Positions 31,495 to 41,244 of a stretch of 64,000 nucleotides of DNA are shown piece after piece. The notes beneath the pieces were generated by a model. It made no database searches. It saw nothing but the letters and a program-made list of their open reading frames with translations, and was not told the DNA's origin. Source of the stretch: Terriglobia bacterium (GTDB lineage: Bacteria; Acidobacteriota; Terriglobia; 20CM-2-55-15); assembly GCA_965198225.1 (NCBI GenBank), contig CBDAOY010000004.1, forward strand, positions 64,001 through 128,000, in the 5' to 3' direction. The position numbers were made by a program, and so were the translations under genes. Each line of letters begins with the position of its first letter. Position 1 is the stretch's first letter.

Positions 31495-31700
31495 ATTCCT
31501 GAAAAGGTCGTGGCTTTATTGCTCGCCGTCCTGGGGGTGACCAAGACCCACTCCCGGCCGCATGTTTCCGATGACAACCCGTTTTCCGAGGCCCAGTTCA
31601 AAACGCTGAAGTACCGGCCGGGTTTCCCCGAACGTTTCGGCTGTATCCAGGATGCCAAGGCGTTCTGCCGCGACTTCTTCGGCTGGTACAACAACGTTCA
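31495..31700 (+). mobile_element. IS3-family transposase internal fragment
   Basis: LGVTKTHSRPHVSDDNPFSEAQFKTLKYRP...FFGWYN. Confidence 0.78.
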
Positions 31701-31722
31701 CGGGGTCGAGTCCGGCAGGGGG

Positions 31723-31831
31723 GTAGAGTCGACGACTGGCGCGGTGGCGGTAGGCAAAGGGGGTAGCTGTTGCCGGTGGCTTTCGCCGATTCCGGTGCCT
31801 CACTCCTCGCCGTGGCTTCGTTTCCAGTCGC
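31723..31831 (-). mobile_element. Group II intron B: orphan 3' end (long DVI)
   Basis: GCGACTGGAAACG...CGCCAGTCGTCGACTCTAC, with a self-complementary DVI stem and AC end. Confidence 0.7.
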
Positions 31832-31918
31832 ACCGGGTGGCCGGAGGCAGTTGCCCGCCTCCGGCTCCCACAGAACGCAGCGTGCGGATTTCCCGCACTG
31901 CGCTCTTCAGAATTGGAT

Positions 31919-33241
31919 TTACAGCACAGCGAGAGACTGGAACTCCCGATAGCGGAGAGCCAACTTGGGACGCTGTAACGGAAAGTGCAGCTGAATCCGG
32001 TTGAATACTTCCCACCGGACGAAGCCTGCACGACTACGACTGCTGAGCATTTGGCGCCAGTAACGTTCCACGGCCCGAGCGACGTGCTGCAGAGCCCGGA
32101 GGTTCCCGGCAATGCCATAGTAGGCGTAGTGCCCGCGCAAGACTCGGTTCAGATTGTGCACTTGCTCCCGGACCGGCAAGTGACGCATTCGCCTCATCAC
32201 GCCGCGTAGATGAGCCAGACTGCGTCGAAGTCGAGACTTCTCTGTTCGCAGTCCCACTCTAAAATTGCCTTTGCGATTACGCGTACAGTACAGGGTCATG
32301 CCCAGAAAATAGATCGTCTCTGGACGTTTTCTCCCGCGCCGGACGACATCGCGCTGGGCATAGCGGCCGAATTCGACGAGCTTCGTCTTGGTCGGCTCCG
32401 GAACCAGTCCAAACTTTCCCAGTCGCTTGCGCAGAACGTTCTGGAAACGAAGCGCATCGTCCCGATATTGGAAACACACGACAAAGTCGTCGATGTACCG
32501 CACCAGATACGCTTCACCCTTCAGGCGTGGCCGGACCATCCGGTCAAACCACAGGTCAAGCACATAATGCAGGTACAGATTGCTCAGCAGAACGCTGATC
32601 GACCCACCTTGCGGGGTTCCCTCTTCGTTCGAATGCAATTCCCCGTCTTCGAAAACGCCCGCCTTTAACCATCGTCGTATCAGACTGATGATCCGCGGAT
32701 CTCCGACTCGATGCTCCACAAAGCGGAGTAGCCATCCATGGTCTAAACTCCCGAAAAAGTTCTTCAAGTCCGCCTCCAACACCCAACTCACCTTGCATCC
32801 GGAAATCACCTCATGGAGGGTTGCCAGTGCATTGTGGGCGCCCAGCCCAGGCCGGCCACCAAAGGAACAGGGCAAGAAGTCCTGCTCGTAGATGGCGACC
32901 AATACCTCGGCCACGCTGCGCTGAAGGGCCCGATCTTGAACACAGGGCACGCCCAGGGGACGTTTCTCCTGCTTGCCGGGCTTGGGGATATACACCCGCC
33001 GAATCGGCGGAGCGCGATATCCCTTCTGGTGAACAGACTGGAGCATTGGCTCCACCCAGACTCCGAATTCCTCCTTCGCCTCCGGTACCCTCTGACCATC
33101 ACATCCGGGAGCCGTGTTGCGGGGCACTTGACACAGGTTCTTCCACACACGCTCTCGGGTGACATGATGCGCCAGTGACGTGAACCGGAGCTTTGGCTCA
33201 CTCCGAGCTTTCGCCGCTATTCGTTCCAGTTTCGTTTCCAT
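31919..33241 (-). CDS. ltrA: Group II intron reverse transcriptase/maturase, no endonuclease domain
   Basis: APGCDG, RRVYIPK, RPLGVP, EADLKNFF, GTPQGG, YIDD and domain X LRGHYAYY. Confidence 0.95.
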   Translation of the reverse strand: METKLERIAAKARSEPKLRFTSLAHHVTRERVWKNLCQVPRNTAPGCDGQRVPEAKEEFGVWVEPMLQSVHQKGYRAPPIRRVYIPKPGKQEKRPLGVPCVQDRALQRSVAEVLVAIYEQDFLPCSFGGRPGLGAHNALATLHEVISGCKVSWVLEADLKNFFGSLDHGWLLRFVEHRVGDPRIISLIRRWLKAGVFEDGELHSNEEGTPQGGSISVLLSNLYLHYVLDLWFDRMVRPRLKGEAYLVRYIDDFVVCFQYRDDALRFQNVLRKRLGKFGLVPEPTKTKLVEFGRYAQRDVVRRGRKRPETIYFLGMTLYCTRNRKGNFRVGLRTEKSRLRRSLAHLRGVMRRMRHLPVREQVHNLNRVLRGHYAYYGIAGNLRALQHVARAVERYWRQMLSSRSRAGFVRWEVFNRIQLHFPLQRPKLALRYREFQSLAVL

Positions 33242-33367
33242 GACTGGTTGTTCCTCTCGTTGCATAGAGGACCGTATCCTCCCGTTGCATGGAGCTCATG
33301 TTTCCCAAGAACGAGTCCACTTCTGCTGGCCGCTTCCCCATGTGATCGGCTCTCCCGACCTCGGAGT

Positions 33368-34438
33368 GTAGAGTCGAAAGTGGTCGGGCCGATCGGCCCT
33401 TCCACCGTCCGCTCAATCAAACGGCTCGTGCGGTTTTCCCGCAAGCCGCTTTCCTCAGTTGCTCCTCGTTCGGAATTCGCTGTGTGGCGGCAGGTGGCGG
33501 CTTCGTTCGTACCGCGTTTGGGTCTTTCGCTAAGGGAACTATCCAAGTTCGCACATTCACGATATCTCCTCCACCGTCCGCTCAATCAAACGGCTCGTGC
33601 GGTTTTCCCGCAAGCCGCTTTCCTCAGTTGCTCCTCGTTCGGAATTCGCTGTGTGGCGGCAGGTGGCGGCTTCGTTCGTACCGCGTTTGGGTCTTTCGCT
33701 AAGGGAACTATCCAATTCCACGATCTCCGCGTTTCCCATCGCTCGCACATTCACGACTGAGTACGGGGACTTCCCCCTCCAACGGGCCTTTTGGACCCGC
33801 CAGCGCCGCTGCTCGAAGCAACGATCCGAGACCTTATGTTTGCCGTCTCGTTCCTGAGTACTATTCCCCGATCCGATTCCTGACACCGCGTCGGCCGGAA
33901 TTTCGCTCTCGCTTATATCCGCACCTACCGCGCAGGGCTCTAGGTCGATGTTTGTCTTCTCGGTTGCCCGCCCTTTCGTCTGCGGGTGCCACATCATCTC
34001 GACCTTACCTTCCGCTCGGACGATACCAGGCCTCCCTGGGTCACTCGCGTCTCTTCTCCACCGTGTCGCCCGCACACACCTTGGTGCGATGGGGTGGAAC
34101 CAATGCGCCTTCGCCCCAATAGTGCGGGCTCGACCATTCCCCATCTTTGGCCGACCGGTTCATCCTCGGGATGGCTCCCGTCGATTACGACCCGGTGGTT
34201 CTCCTCATGCCCTTCAGACCCCACCTCGCGGTGGGCGCCCTGCCCTCCAAAGTTTCCGTAGCTGGCTCCAGCTTTGCCTTGGCCGTATCCGGCTTTCGCC
34301 TTCGTGCCCGTTTAGGCATCTGCACTACCTGTCTACACTTCGGCCAGTGAGGCATTACCCCCACTTGTTGGATATCGACCCGTGGCCTCGGGCCGAGCGG
34401 GACTTTAACCCGCCGGAAACGCGTGCTGCCAGGCACGC
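33368..34438 (-). ncRNA. ORF-less group II intron C nested in domain III of intron A, with duplicated DV
   Basis: Starts GCGTG and ends CGACTCTAC; DV AAGCGGCTTGCGGGAAAACCGCACGAGCCGTTT; EBS1-like ACTATT at 34118-34123. Excision restores CTGGCTGATAGT|ACTCCGAGG of the host DIII. Confidence 0.8.
33401..33715. repeat. 146-bp direct repeat (33401-33546, 33570-33715) with 23-bp filler
   Basis: Read directly from the sequence. Confidence 0.95.
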
Positions 34439-34839
34439 ACTATCAGCCAGTCTGACTTCCGACAGGCCTTCGGGTCTTCCTCGCGTTGTTGGCTTGTCCA
34501 ACCCTACAAGCTCCGCTTGAACCTGACGGATCTCCCTTGTTCCCATGAAATCCTTGGTTGCATGCCGGCGGTACGAACCCCGGAAGCACCCCAGGGCACT
34601 TGCCATTGCGTGCCCTGCGATTCCGCCTTCCCCCTAGAGCGACAGGGTCGGCTACTTCAACCACGTTCGATTTCGGGGCTATCTTTCCGTTCACTGGTGT
34701 TCCGGCCTACTCCCTCCCTGTCTACGCTTCGCAGTGTCCGTCACCGACCACCACGCAAGACTCGGTACGTGGCTGCCGGCTAGGCTCTGCCACGGCCGCC
34801 ATCTCAGGCGACTGGATCTCATGCGCTTGCAAGGCGCAA

Positions 34840-35807
34840 CGCTCCCGGAACCCTGCGTCCTGATGCACCAGCAGCATCCGCACCCGGACATCGGCTGCCA
34901 GTCCGCTCAAGGTGTCCGATACGATCAGGCCGCTGCCGAGGTCCACGCCCGCGCCCGTCTCGGCGTCCCCGCCGTCGCGCCGCAGCCCGATCTCGACGGT
35001 CGGCGTCAGCGCCAGTCGGCCTGCGAGGCGGTAGTGCCGCGAGCCTTCGAGCCCCGTCCGGAACCGGGTGACCGTCGCCGTGGTCGCCGCCAGCCGCCCG
35101 GTCGGGCCGTCCACCGCGTCGCTTGCCGTGCCGACCCACAGGGCGTCGGCCTTGAACGCCAGCGCGAAGCCGCCCACCACCGAGTCCGCCAGATCGCCCC
35201 GCAGGCCTCCGGCCGCCATGGCCATCGACAACCCGCTCTTGAGCGTTGGTCCCCCGCCCGGCGTCAACGCCAGCGCGCCCTTGCCGTATCCGGTCACGCC
35301 CCACAGGGTGATCCGGTCGGTCACCTTGTAGCCTAGCCAAGGGTAAAGGCCCGTCACCGACGAGATTACCTCGCCGGCGTCGGCTCCCGAGTAGCCGCCC
35401 CGGCCCCGGCTGTGTGCCAGCGACAGGCCCGCCACCAGCGGCCCTCGCGCGTAGTCGGCCCCGACCATCGTCGTGCGCACGTCGCCGCCCAGCGACAGAT
35501 CGCCCTCGCGGCCAGCGAAGCGCGACTGCGCCCCCCGGCTCCAGAACGAGAGGATGCCGCCGCGCGTCTCGCGGGTGAGCGCAACGTCGGAGCCGGTCAG
35601 CAAGTCGCCGCCGCCGAGACCCATCCGGAGCAGCCCGCCGGTGTGCATCATCCCGTCGCCGGCGCCCGGCGGCTGCCCGCCGGCCAGACCGCTGAGATGG
35701 CTGAGCACGTTGAGCGCGATGTCGCGCTCCATGCCCCGTCGCAGTTCCCGGCCGGCGACCCGGCCCCGGAAGCCGGGCTCGCGGGGCGCCGCCAGCCGGG
35801 CCTCCAC
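34840..35807 (-). pseudogene. Autotransporter beta-barrel fragment, cut by intron A
   Basis: SFWSRGAQSRFAGREG, GADY, LYPWLGY and EIGLRRDGGDAETGAG; no passenger domain or 3' end present. Confidence 0.8.
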
Positions 35808-36319
35808 ATGCTCGTGTGGCGCTCACCCGAACAGGCGGCACCGGACAAACCCGGCGAGGAGGTCCGTGGCCGACGTGCCGACGCGGGGGATAAACGGCCA
35901 AAGAGCAGGGGACGTGACGGACGCCCACAGGGCGAGTTGGAACGATCTGGCCGCGGCCCCTGACGCCGTGACCCGCGGAGGAAGCCGAAGGACGGGTAAA
36001 TGGCACCACAAACATGCGGAACTGTGAATGGGGGCCGGCCCGGACGGAGCAAGGAAAGCGAGGGCTTGTGCATTGCCCAAGCGTAAAGAACCGAGAAAAT
36101 AGGGCGAGCCTGGAGCGATGCAGTGTGTTGAGGTCGTTGATCACCGCGCTCATTGGCGGGAGCCGTCCGCATTTTGACGGTGCCCCGGCTTCAACGAGCA
36201 CGGTCACAACCGCCGGAATTGTGTTTGGTACATGGGCTGGCACATTGAACGCAAGCATTGACTTGGGCATCGCGCAGTATTAATGTGATGCAATTGACAT
36301 TGAGTGACTTCGGAGTATC

Positions 36320-36541
36320 ATGAGCCAGATCACCGCACGCTTGCCGGATACAGTTGTTGATGCCCTGGACGCGGCTGCGAGCCGTCTCAAGCGCAGCCGC
36401 GCTGAGATCGTTCGTCAAGCGATCGAGCGTTACCTTGAAGACTTCGACGATCTCTCGGTGGCCATCGAACGGCTCCATGATCCGAACGACCCGGTAATGG
36501 ACTGGGAGCCGGTCAGGCGTGAGCTACTCAATACGGATTAA
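36320..36541 (+). CDS. Ribbon-helix-helix antitoxin (RelB/CopG-like)
   Basis: ITARLP...LDAAA...SRAEIVRQAIERYLED; overlaps the toxin gene. Confidence 0.85.
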   Translation: MSQITARLPDTVVDALDAAASRLKRSRAEIVRQAIERYLEDFDDLSVAIERLHDPNDPVMDWEPVRRELLNTD

Positions 36542-36785
36542 GGGCAGCGCCGCCAAGGAATTGGGGCGTCTTGCAAAGCCGAACCGGGCGCGCATTGTTG
36601 ATGCCATCGACCGGTTGGCAGAGAACCCTTTCTTAGGCAACGCGCTGAAGGGAGAATTGCGGGGCCTGCGGCGAATTCGCGTCGGCGATCACCGCGTGCT
36701 GTACGAAGTGCAAGACGATGCGCTCATTGTGCTGGTCATCCGTATTGCTCACCGGCGGAATGCATATCGCCGGCGAGCAGGATGA
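36519..36785 (+). CDS. relE: RelE/ParE-family toxin
   Basis: YSIRIKGSAAKEL...LKGELRGLRRIRVGDHRVLY...IAHRR. Confidence 0.88.
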   Translation: MSYSIRIKGSAAKELGRLAKPNRARIVDAIDRLAENPFLGNALKGELRGLRRIRVGDHRVLYEVQDDALIVLVIRIAHRRNAYRRRAG

Positions 36786-36903
36786 ACATCGACTTTCCCC
36801 GCGCCGCCGAAGGAGCGCCGCCACGAAGCCGACCCCATCGCCGCCCACTGCGACTCGTCCTCCCCCTCCTGCTCCAATACCATCCCTACTGCCCGTTCAA
36901 GAC

Positions 36904-37410
36904 CTAGCTATTCGAGATCCCGGTCATGCCCATCGACTGGACCAGGGCATCGACCGACCGGGTCGACACGCCCTGGATGTAGGCTTCCTGGATCACGGCC
37001 GCCAGGGCTTTCTCCGCGGTCCGTCGCGGCTCGAGGAATCCGGGGAAATAGCTGCCTTTTCGAAGCTTCGGAATCCGAAGGTCGATGGTCCCGCTTCGGG
37101 TGTCCCAATCGCGCTCCCGATAGCCGTTCCGGCCGTTCACACGGTCGGTGCGGCGCTCACCGTATCCGGCCGCACACAGCCCCTCCACGTCCAGTTCCAT
37201 CAGCCGCTGGGCTATGTACTGGATCATCGGGCACAGAACATCGATGTCGGATCCCTTTTCTGAGAGCTCGGTTAATGAGATGCTGGGCTTGGTCATTGTG
37301 GTTTCTCCTTCGTTGAGGTTAAGGGTTTTGGTTGAACCACAACCTTAACCGAGAACCACACTGACCGCCCTTTTTCGGCGGCGCTTCATACACCACGGGC
37401 TGGGACGCTA
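36904..37410 (-). mobile_element. IS256-family 5' remnant
   Basis: [30 protein letters not shown]...GVSTR; truncated after 130 aa. Confidence 0.88.
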
Positions 37411-37621
37411 CTGTCGAAAGTGGCGACCACAGAGCCTTTCCTCCATCAGTTCTGCGTATTGGGGCGACTGTAGCCAGTATTGAAGCTCTTTAATTGCCTC
37501 TGGAAATGCGTCACCGCAGCGATACACAACCTGCTGAAACATTCCGAGACCTCCGGAAAACTCGGCGCTGTTCAGTTACTCCATACGGACTGAGTTCAGA
37601 AATTAAAGGAAAAGACGATGC

Positions 37622-38527
37622 CTATCCAGCCCATTCATTCGACACTGATGTTTGCCGCACTTCGGCGATCAGGTTGTGCTCAGTGTCGACAGCGATCTGG
37701 ACGTTGTAGCCGACTCCGACCCGTGTCCCGGAATGCATTGACCGGGAGTCCGGATCCGTAAGCGACAGCTGGGCTTCTCCGGTATCGTCCAGCGTCTGCC
37801 GATGCCCCTCCAAGGTCTCCTTTCTCTTACGGATCGATGCGATCTTCTCCTGAAGATCCGCCACGGCAGCCGCTCTGCCGCCGGCATCATCCGCGTCGGC
37901 CTCGTTCACCTGGTCGAGGTAGCGGTCGAGTCGGTCGTCGATACGCTGCAGGTCCGTCTTCAGCTTGGCCCGCGTGAAGTTGCGGTCCCGGTGGTTCACC
38001 GCCTTGATGCGCGTGCCGTCCACGGCGATCAACTCCCGCCCGTACAGGTCGAGTTCCCGGCACAACCGCACGAACCGCCGAAACACCGCCCGGAACGCAT
38101 GCCGATTGTCGCGCCGGAAGTCGGCGATCGTCTTGAAGTCGGGCTTCAGCTGGCGTAGCAGCCAGATCGCCTCGAGGTTGCGATGCGTCTCTGTCTCCAG
38201 CCTGCGGCTCGACCGAATACGATTCAGATACCCGTAGATATACAGCTTCAGCAGATCCGCGGGATCGTAGCCTGGACGGCCCTTGTCGTTGGGCCGAACG
38301 CGCTGGAATCCAGCCGCCTCAAGGTCGAGACCGTCGACGAATGCATCAATGAAACGGACCGGGTTGTCCGGTCCCACGTAGTCGTCCACAGTATCGGGCA
38401 GAAGCAGAAGCTGGGAACGGTCTTCACCGGTGATATGTGCCATGACACATTTTACCAACCGCCATGGGGAACCTGATGCCAGTTCACCGACTCCCGCCCG
38501 GCTGTCGCCGACTTTTCACACAGTCTG
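37622..38527 (-). mobile_element. IS1182-family transposase, 3' truncated
   Basis: GRPGYDP.DLLKLYIYGY, SSRRLE, PDFKTIADFR, VDGTRIKA, SLTDPDSR and GYNVQ. Confidence 0.88.
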
Positions 38528-38628
38528 GTTCGTTTGACACATATGGGCGATGGCGCCTTCCTGCGAGCGCCTCCGTGTGTCTTATCCCGTGTGTGATTCT
38601 ATGTATTGCCTACGTCGATCAAAAGAGA

Positions 38629-38750
38629 ATGGCTCGGCGAACCGTTCTGACAAGCCCGGCATCTATTTTCTCAGAGACTGAGTGGGCTAGATTGGCCAGC
38701 TTTCTCGATGAAATCCCGAGCGATGACCTGATTCACAGATTCACCGTGAT
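38629..38750 (+). pseudogene. Possible Tn3 tnpA N-terminal (DUF4158-like) remnant
   Basis: MARRTVLT...SETEWARLASF.DEIPSDDLIHRFT. Confidence 0.4.
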
Positions 38751-39059
38751 CTCCAAACATTCCCATGTCCTCCAGAGAGCCCACATGAACAAGATTAGGG
38801 CGGCGAGGTAGTTGATTCTCGCAACTCCGGGATGCGTCAGAGGAATTCCAACCACGAGACGACACACGACCCATACTGCGCTGACCCACGACAGGACCAC
38901 TACCCCGTAAAAAACCAAGCCGCTGGCAACGCAGCTCACGAGGCGGGCTACAGACAATTGGCCGGAGACCAGGAGCCAGAAGGCCGAGAGGATCAGCACC
39001 AGAAAAACCATGCCGCCCAGCTGATACGCAATGTGTTCCGGATTTTCCAGGCTCGACAT
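38733..39059 (-). CDS. Small hypothetical membrane protein
   Basis: Hydrophobic 108-aa ORF with a GGAGG RBS upstream. Confidence 0.5.
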   Translation of the reverse strand: MSSLENPEHIAYQLGGMVFLVLILSAFWLLVSGQLSVARLVSCVASGLVFYGVVVLSWVSAVWVVCRLVVGIPLTHPGVARINYLAALILFMWALWRTWECLEITVNL

Positions 39060-39183
39060 CTAGCAGTACCTCCAAGGTGCGTCCCATTCTCACACGCGGC
39101 GAGGGTAGCCCCTTGACCTCTTTCCCCTACTTATTTCCGCATGATATGGTTCAGCCATACGCACACACGATGGCGGACTTGCA

Positions 39184-39420
39184 ATGAAGACCACACTCAA
39201 TCTGAACGATCAGGTCCTGCGCCAAGCCAAGGGTCGGGCCGCACGGGACGGAATCACGCTCACCCGATTCGTCGAGGACGCGCTCCGTGCCCGGTTGGCG
39301 CCGTCGCGCGAAGCCGGGCAGCCGTTCCGGTTGCGGCTGGAGACCGTAACCGGAGAAAGGCCTCCCAAAATCGATGTCTCCGACCGGGACGCGCTTTATG
39401 ACGTAATCGACCGCGCATGA
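39184..39420 (+). CDS. vapB: VapB-type (CopG/DUF2191-like) antitoxin
   Basis: MKTTLNLNDQVLRQAK..AA..G.TLT..VEDALR; ATGA overlap with the toxin. Confidence 0.82.
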   Translation: MKTTLNLNDQVLRQAKGRAARDGITLTRFVEDALRARLAPSREAGQPFRLRLETVTGERPPKIDVSDRDALYDVIDRA

Positions 39421-39845
39421 TCGCCGTCGATACCAACATCCTGATTTACGCGCATCGGGGCGAAACAGAGTTGCATGACCGCGCAGCGGCGCAGCTCGTC
39501 ACCTTAGCCGAAGGTGTGGAACGGTGGGCGCTCCCGGTCTTCTGCGTAACCGAGTTCATGCGGGTGGTGACGCACAGGCGCGTGTTCAGCCCGCCGTCAA
39601 CATTGGCGCAGGCGGCCACGTTCATCAAGGGGATTACCGCCGCTCCGAACTGCGAGATCCTCCAACCCGGGGCCGAGTTTCTTGACCGGCTTCTCGCGGC
39701 CGCCTTCGAGGCCGATGCACACGGAAACCTGATGTTCGATTCCCAGATCGTCGCCCTGTGCAGGGAGCACGGCATCGATACCGTCCTTACGAACGATCGC
39801 GACTTCGAACTGTTCGAAGCGTTGCACGTTCGCCGTCTGGACTAG
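39417..39845 (+). CDS. vapC: PIN-domain toxin
   Basis: IAVDTNILIYA, EFMRVVT, GNLMFDSQI and LTNDRDF. Confidence 0.9.
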   Translation: MIAVDTNILIYAHRGETELHDRAAAQLVTLAEGVERWALPVFCVTEFMRVVTHRRVFSPPSTLAQAATFIKGITAAPNCEILQPGAEFLDRLLAAAFEADAHGNLMFDSQIVALCREHGIDTVLTNDRDFELFEALHVRRLD

Positions 39846-40081
39846 CGGCAGGACCAAACCTGCGCCGCCCTCTCGGAACCGAGACCGTGGGTGCCACCGG
39901 CAAGGCGCCCGGCGTTGTCGGTAAAGGCGCGCCAGCCAACGCCGGATTGTAGCGCCCCTGATTTCTTGGACAGAGAGAACACAGCATAATCAAGCTGCGG
40001 GGAGGCAAAATATTGTGGTCGGCTGGTCGACCAGCTGGCCGGTTCACACGTGCTTTGGAACAGCCTTAAACTCAGCAACGT

Positions 40082-40699
40082 TCACGCTTGGTCATACGGC
40101 TTAGCAATATTGAATGAATTGTGGACCTCATGGATACCAGGCCCGCCATTCTTGTCGAATATTTCCCACACGATTTTGTAAAAACGATCTTCGCGGTCGA
40201 CGAATTTAATCGTTTTGCTTGCAACTTCACAACGAACTACGAGCTTGCTGATATTCTCTGCGGCGTCAGGAGACTTCACCGTTAACGGAATATCCTGGAT
40301 AACCTGAATGTACAGATGGAAGAAGTTTGACCAGCCGTCCACGCCCTGCGCTACTGGCGGGAGGCCATAACTTTCGAGAAAGCTTGTCAGCTCCTTCTCA
40401 AAAGATTCCATTCCAGATATGTCCTTGATCTTATTTTCGAGTTCTCGCGGCAGATTCATTCCGCTCTTCCAGAGAGGGTGCGCCTTGTCAAATTCTCGGA
40501 GAATCTCTTTCGCGCCGGATCGATCGAGTTCAGAATGAAGGACCCAATCACAATAGAAGTTCAACTTGGAATACTGTTTCCTTTGATCATCACGCTCGAT
40601 GAGCTTCCGAATCCCGACCAGTAGATACACGACCTGAACCTCAGTTGTGATTCCGTTGTTCAGTTGCGCGGTCAGTTTTCTGATTATTTCCTCTGTCAT
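40082..40699 (-). CDS. Hypothetical protein, lower GC than its surroundings
   Basis: Clean ORF with a LNFYCDWVLH motif; no family recognised. Confidence 0.65.
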   Translation of the reverse strand: MTEEIIRKLTAQLNNGITTEVQVVYLLVGIRKLIERDDQRKQYSKLNFYCDWVLHSELDRSGAKEILREFDKAHPLWKSGMNLPRELENKIKDISGMESFEKELTSFLESYGLPPVAQGVDGWSNFFHLYIQVIQDIPLTVKSPDAAENISKLVVRCEVASKTIKFVDREDRFYKIVWEIFDKNGGPGIHEVHNSFNIAKPYDQA

Positions 40700-41244
40700 G
40701 TAATCAATTCGTGGCCGTTTGGGCACCATGGCGGCGCGCTGTCCCAATTGAACCCCCTCGGCTCCGCGTTCGGTAACCGACTGATTTTGCTGGTGCGATA
40801 TTTGTCCAGAACAGACTAATGTTCAACTGGGACGACATCGCATGCCAAGACGCCAGACCAAGATTACGGAAATCTAGTTCGCATACTTTCGTGGAAGGAG
40901 CTTGGCGATCTTCCTCTAGAGCGGCCCGATCCCCTCCTGCACGTTCTTGTTTATCGTGTCGATCCGGCTGTTCAGGCGTTGCTCAACACCGCCGATCTCC
41001 TGACGCAACTCCCGGCGCAACTCACCCATCTCCTCACGCAACCCGTCGATCTCCTGCTTCGTTGATTCTTGAATCGGCCGGAAGCGGGTGGCGCGCCTGA
41101 TGAAAGCGGCCGGTCTGGAGGGCGCCAGCCGCCGCAAACGGGCTCGGACGACGGTTCGGGATCGCGATGCCCGTCCGGCTCCGGATCTGGTCGATCGGAA
41201 TTTTCAGGCGAAGCATCCGGACGAACTCTGGGTGGCCGACATCA

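Larger units (their letters stand above)
31832..34839 (-). mobile_element. Group II intron A (RT-encoding), interrupted by intron C
   Basis: Starts TTGCG; DV GAGCGCAGTGCGGGAAATCCGCACGCTGCGTTC after the RT stop; EBS1-like loop CGCTC(T) at 34636-34641 is complementary to the 5' exon end GAGCG. Confidence 0.85.

Noticed and set aside
29652-33265. Possible diversity-generating retroelement (RT next to repeats)
   Set aside because: The RT has domain X and is followed by DV/DVI. The repeats are in-frame Sel1 units, and no adenine-specific TR/VR pair was seen.
34436-34440. GTGCG as the canonical 5' end of intron C
   Set aside because: It would leave the host DIII 2 nt short and break the ACTATT/GATAGT pairing; GCGTG at 34438 fits both. 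Kept only as an alternative.
33217-34520. ORFs of 122-195 aa with a repeated peptide (e.g. 33557..34144)
   Set aside because: They are translations of structured intron RNA and its 146-bp duplication, with no protein motifs.
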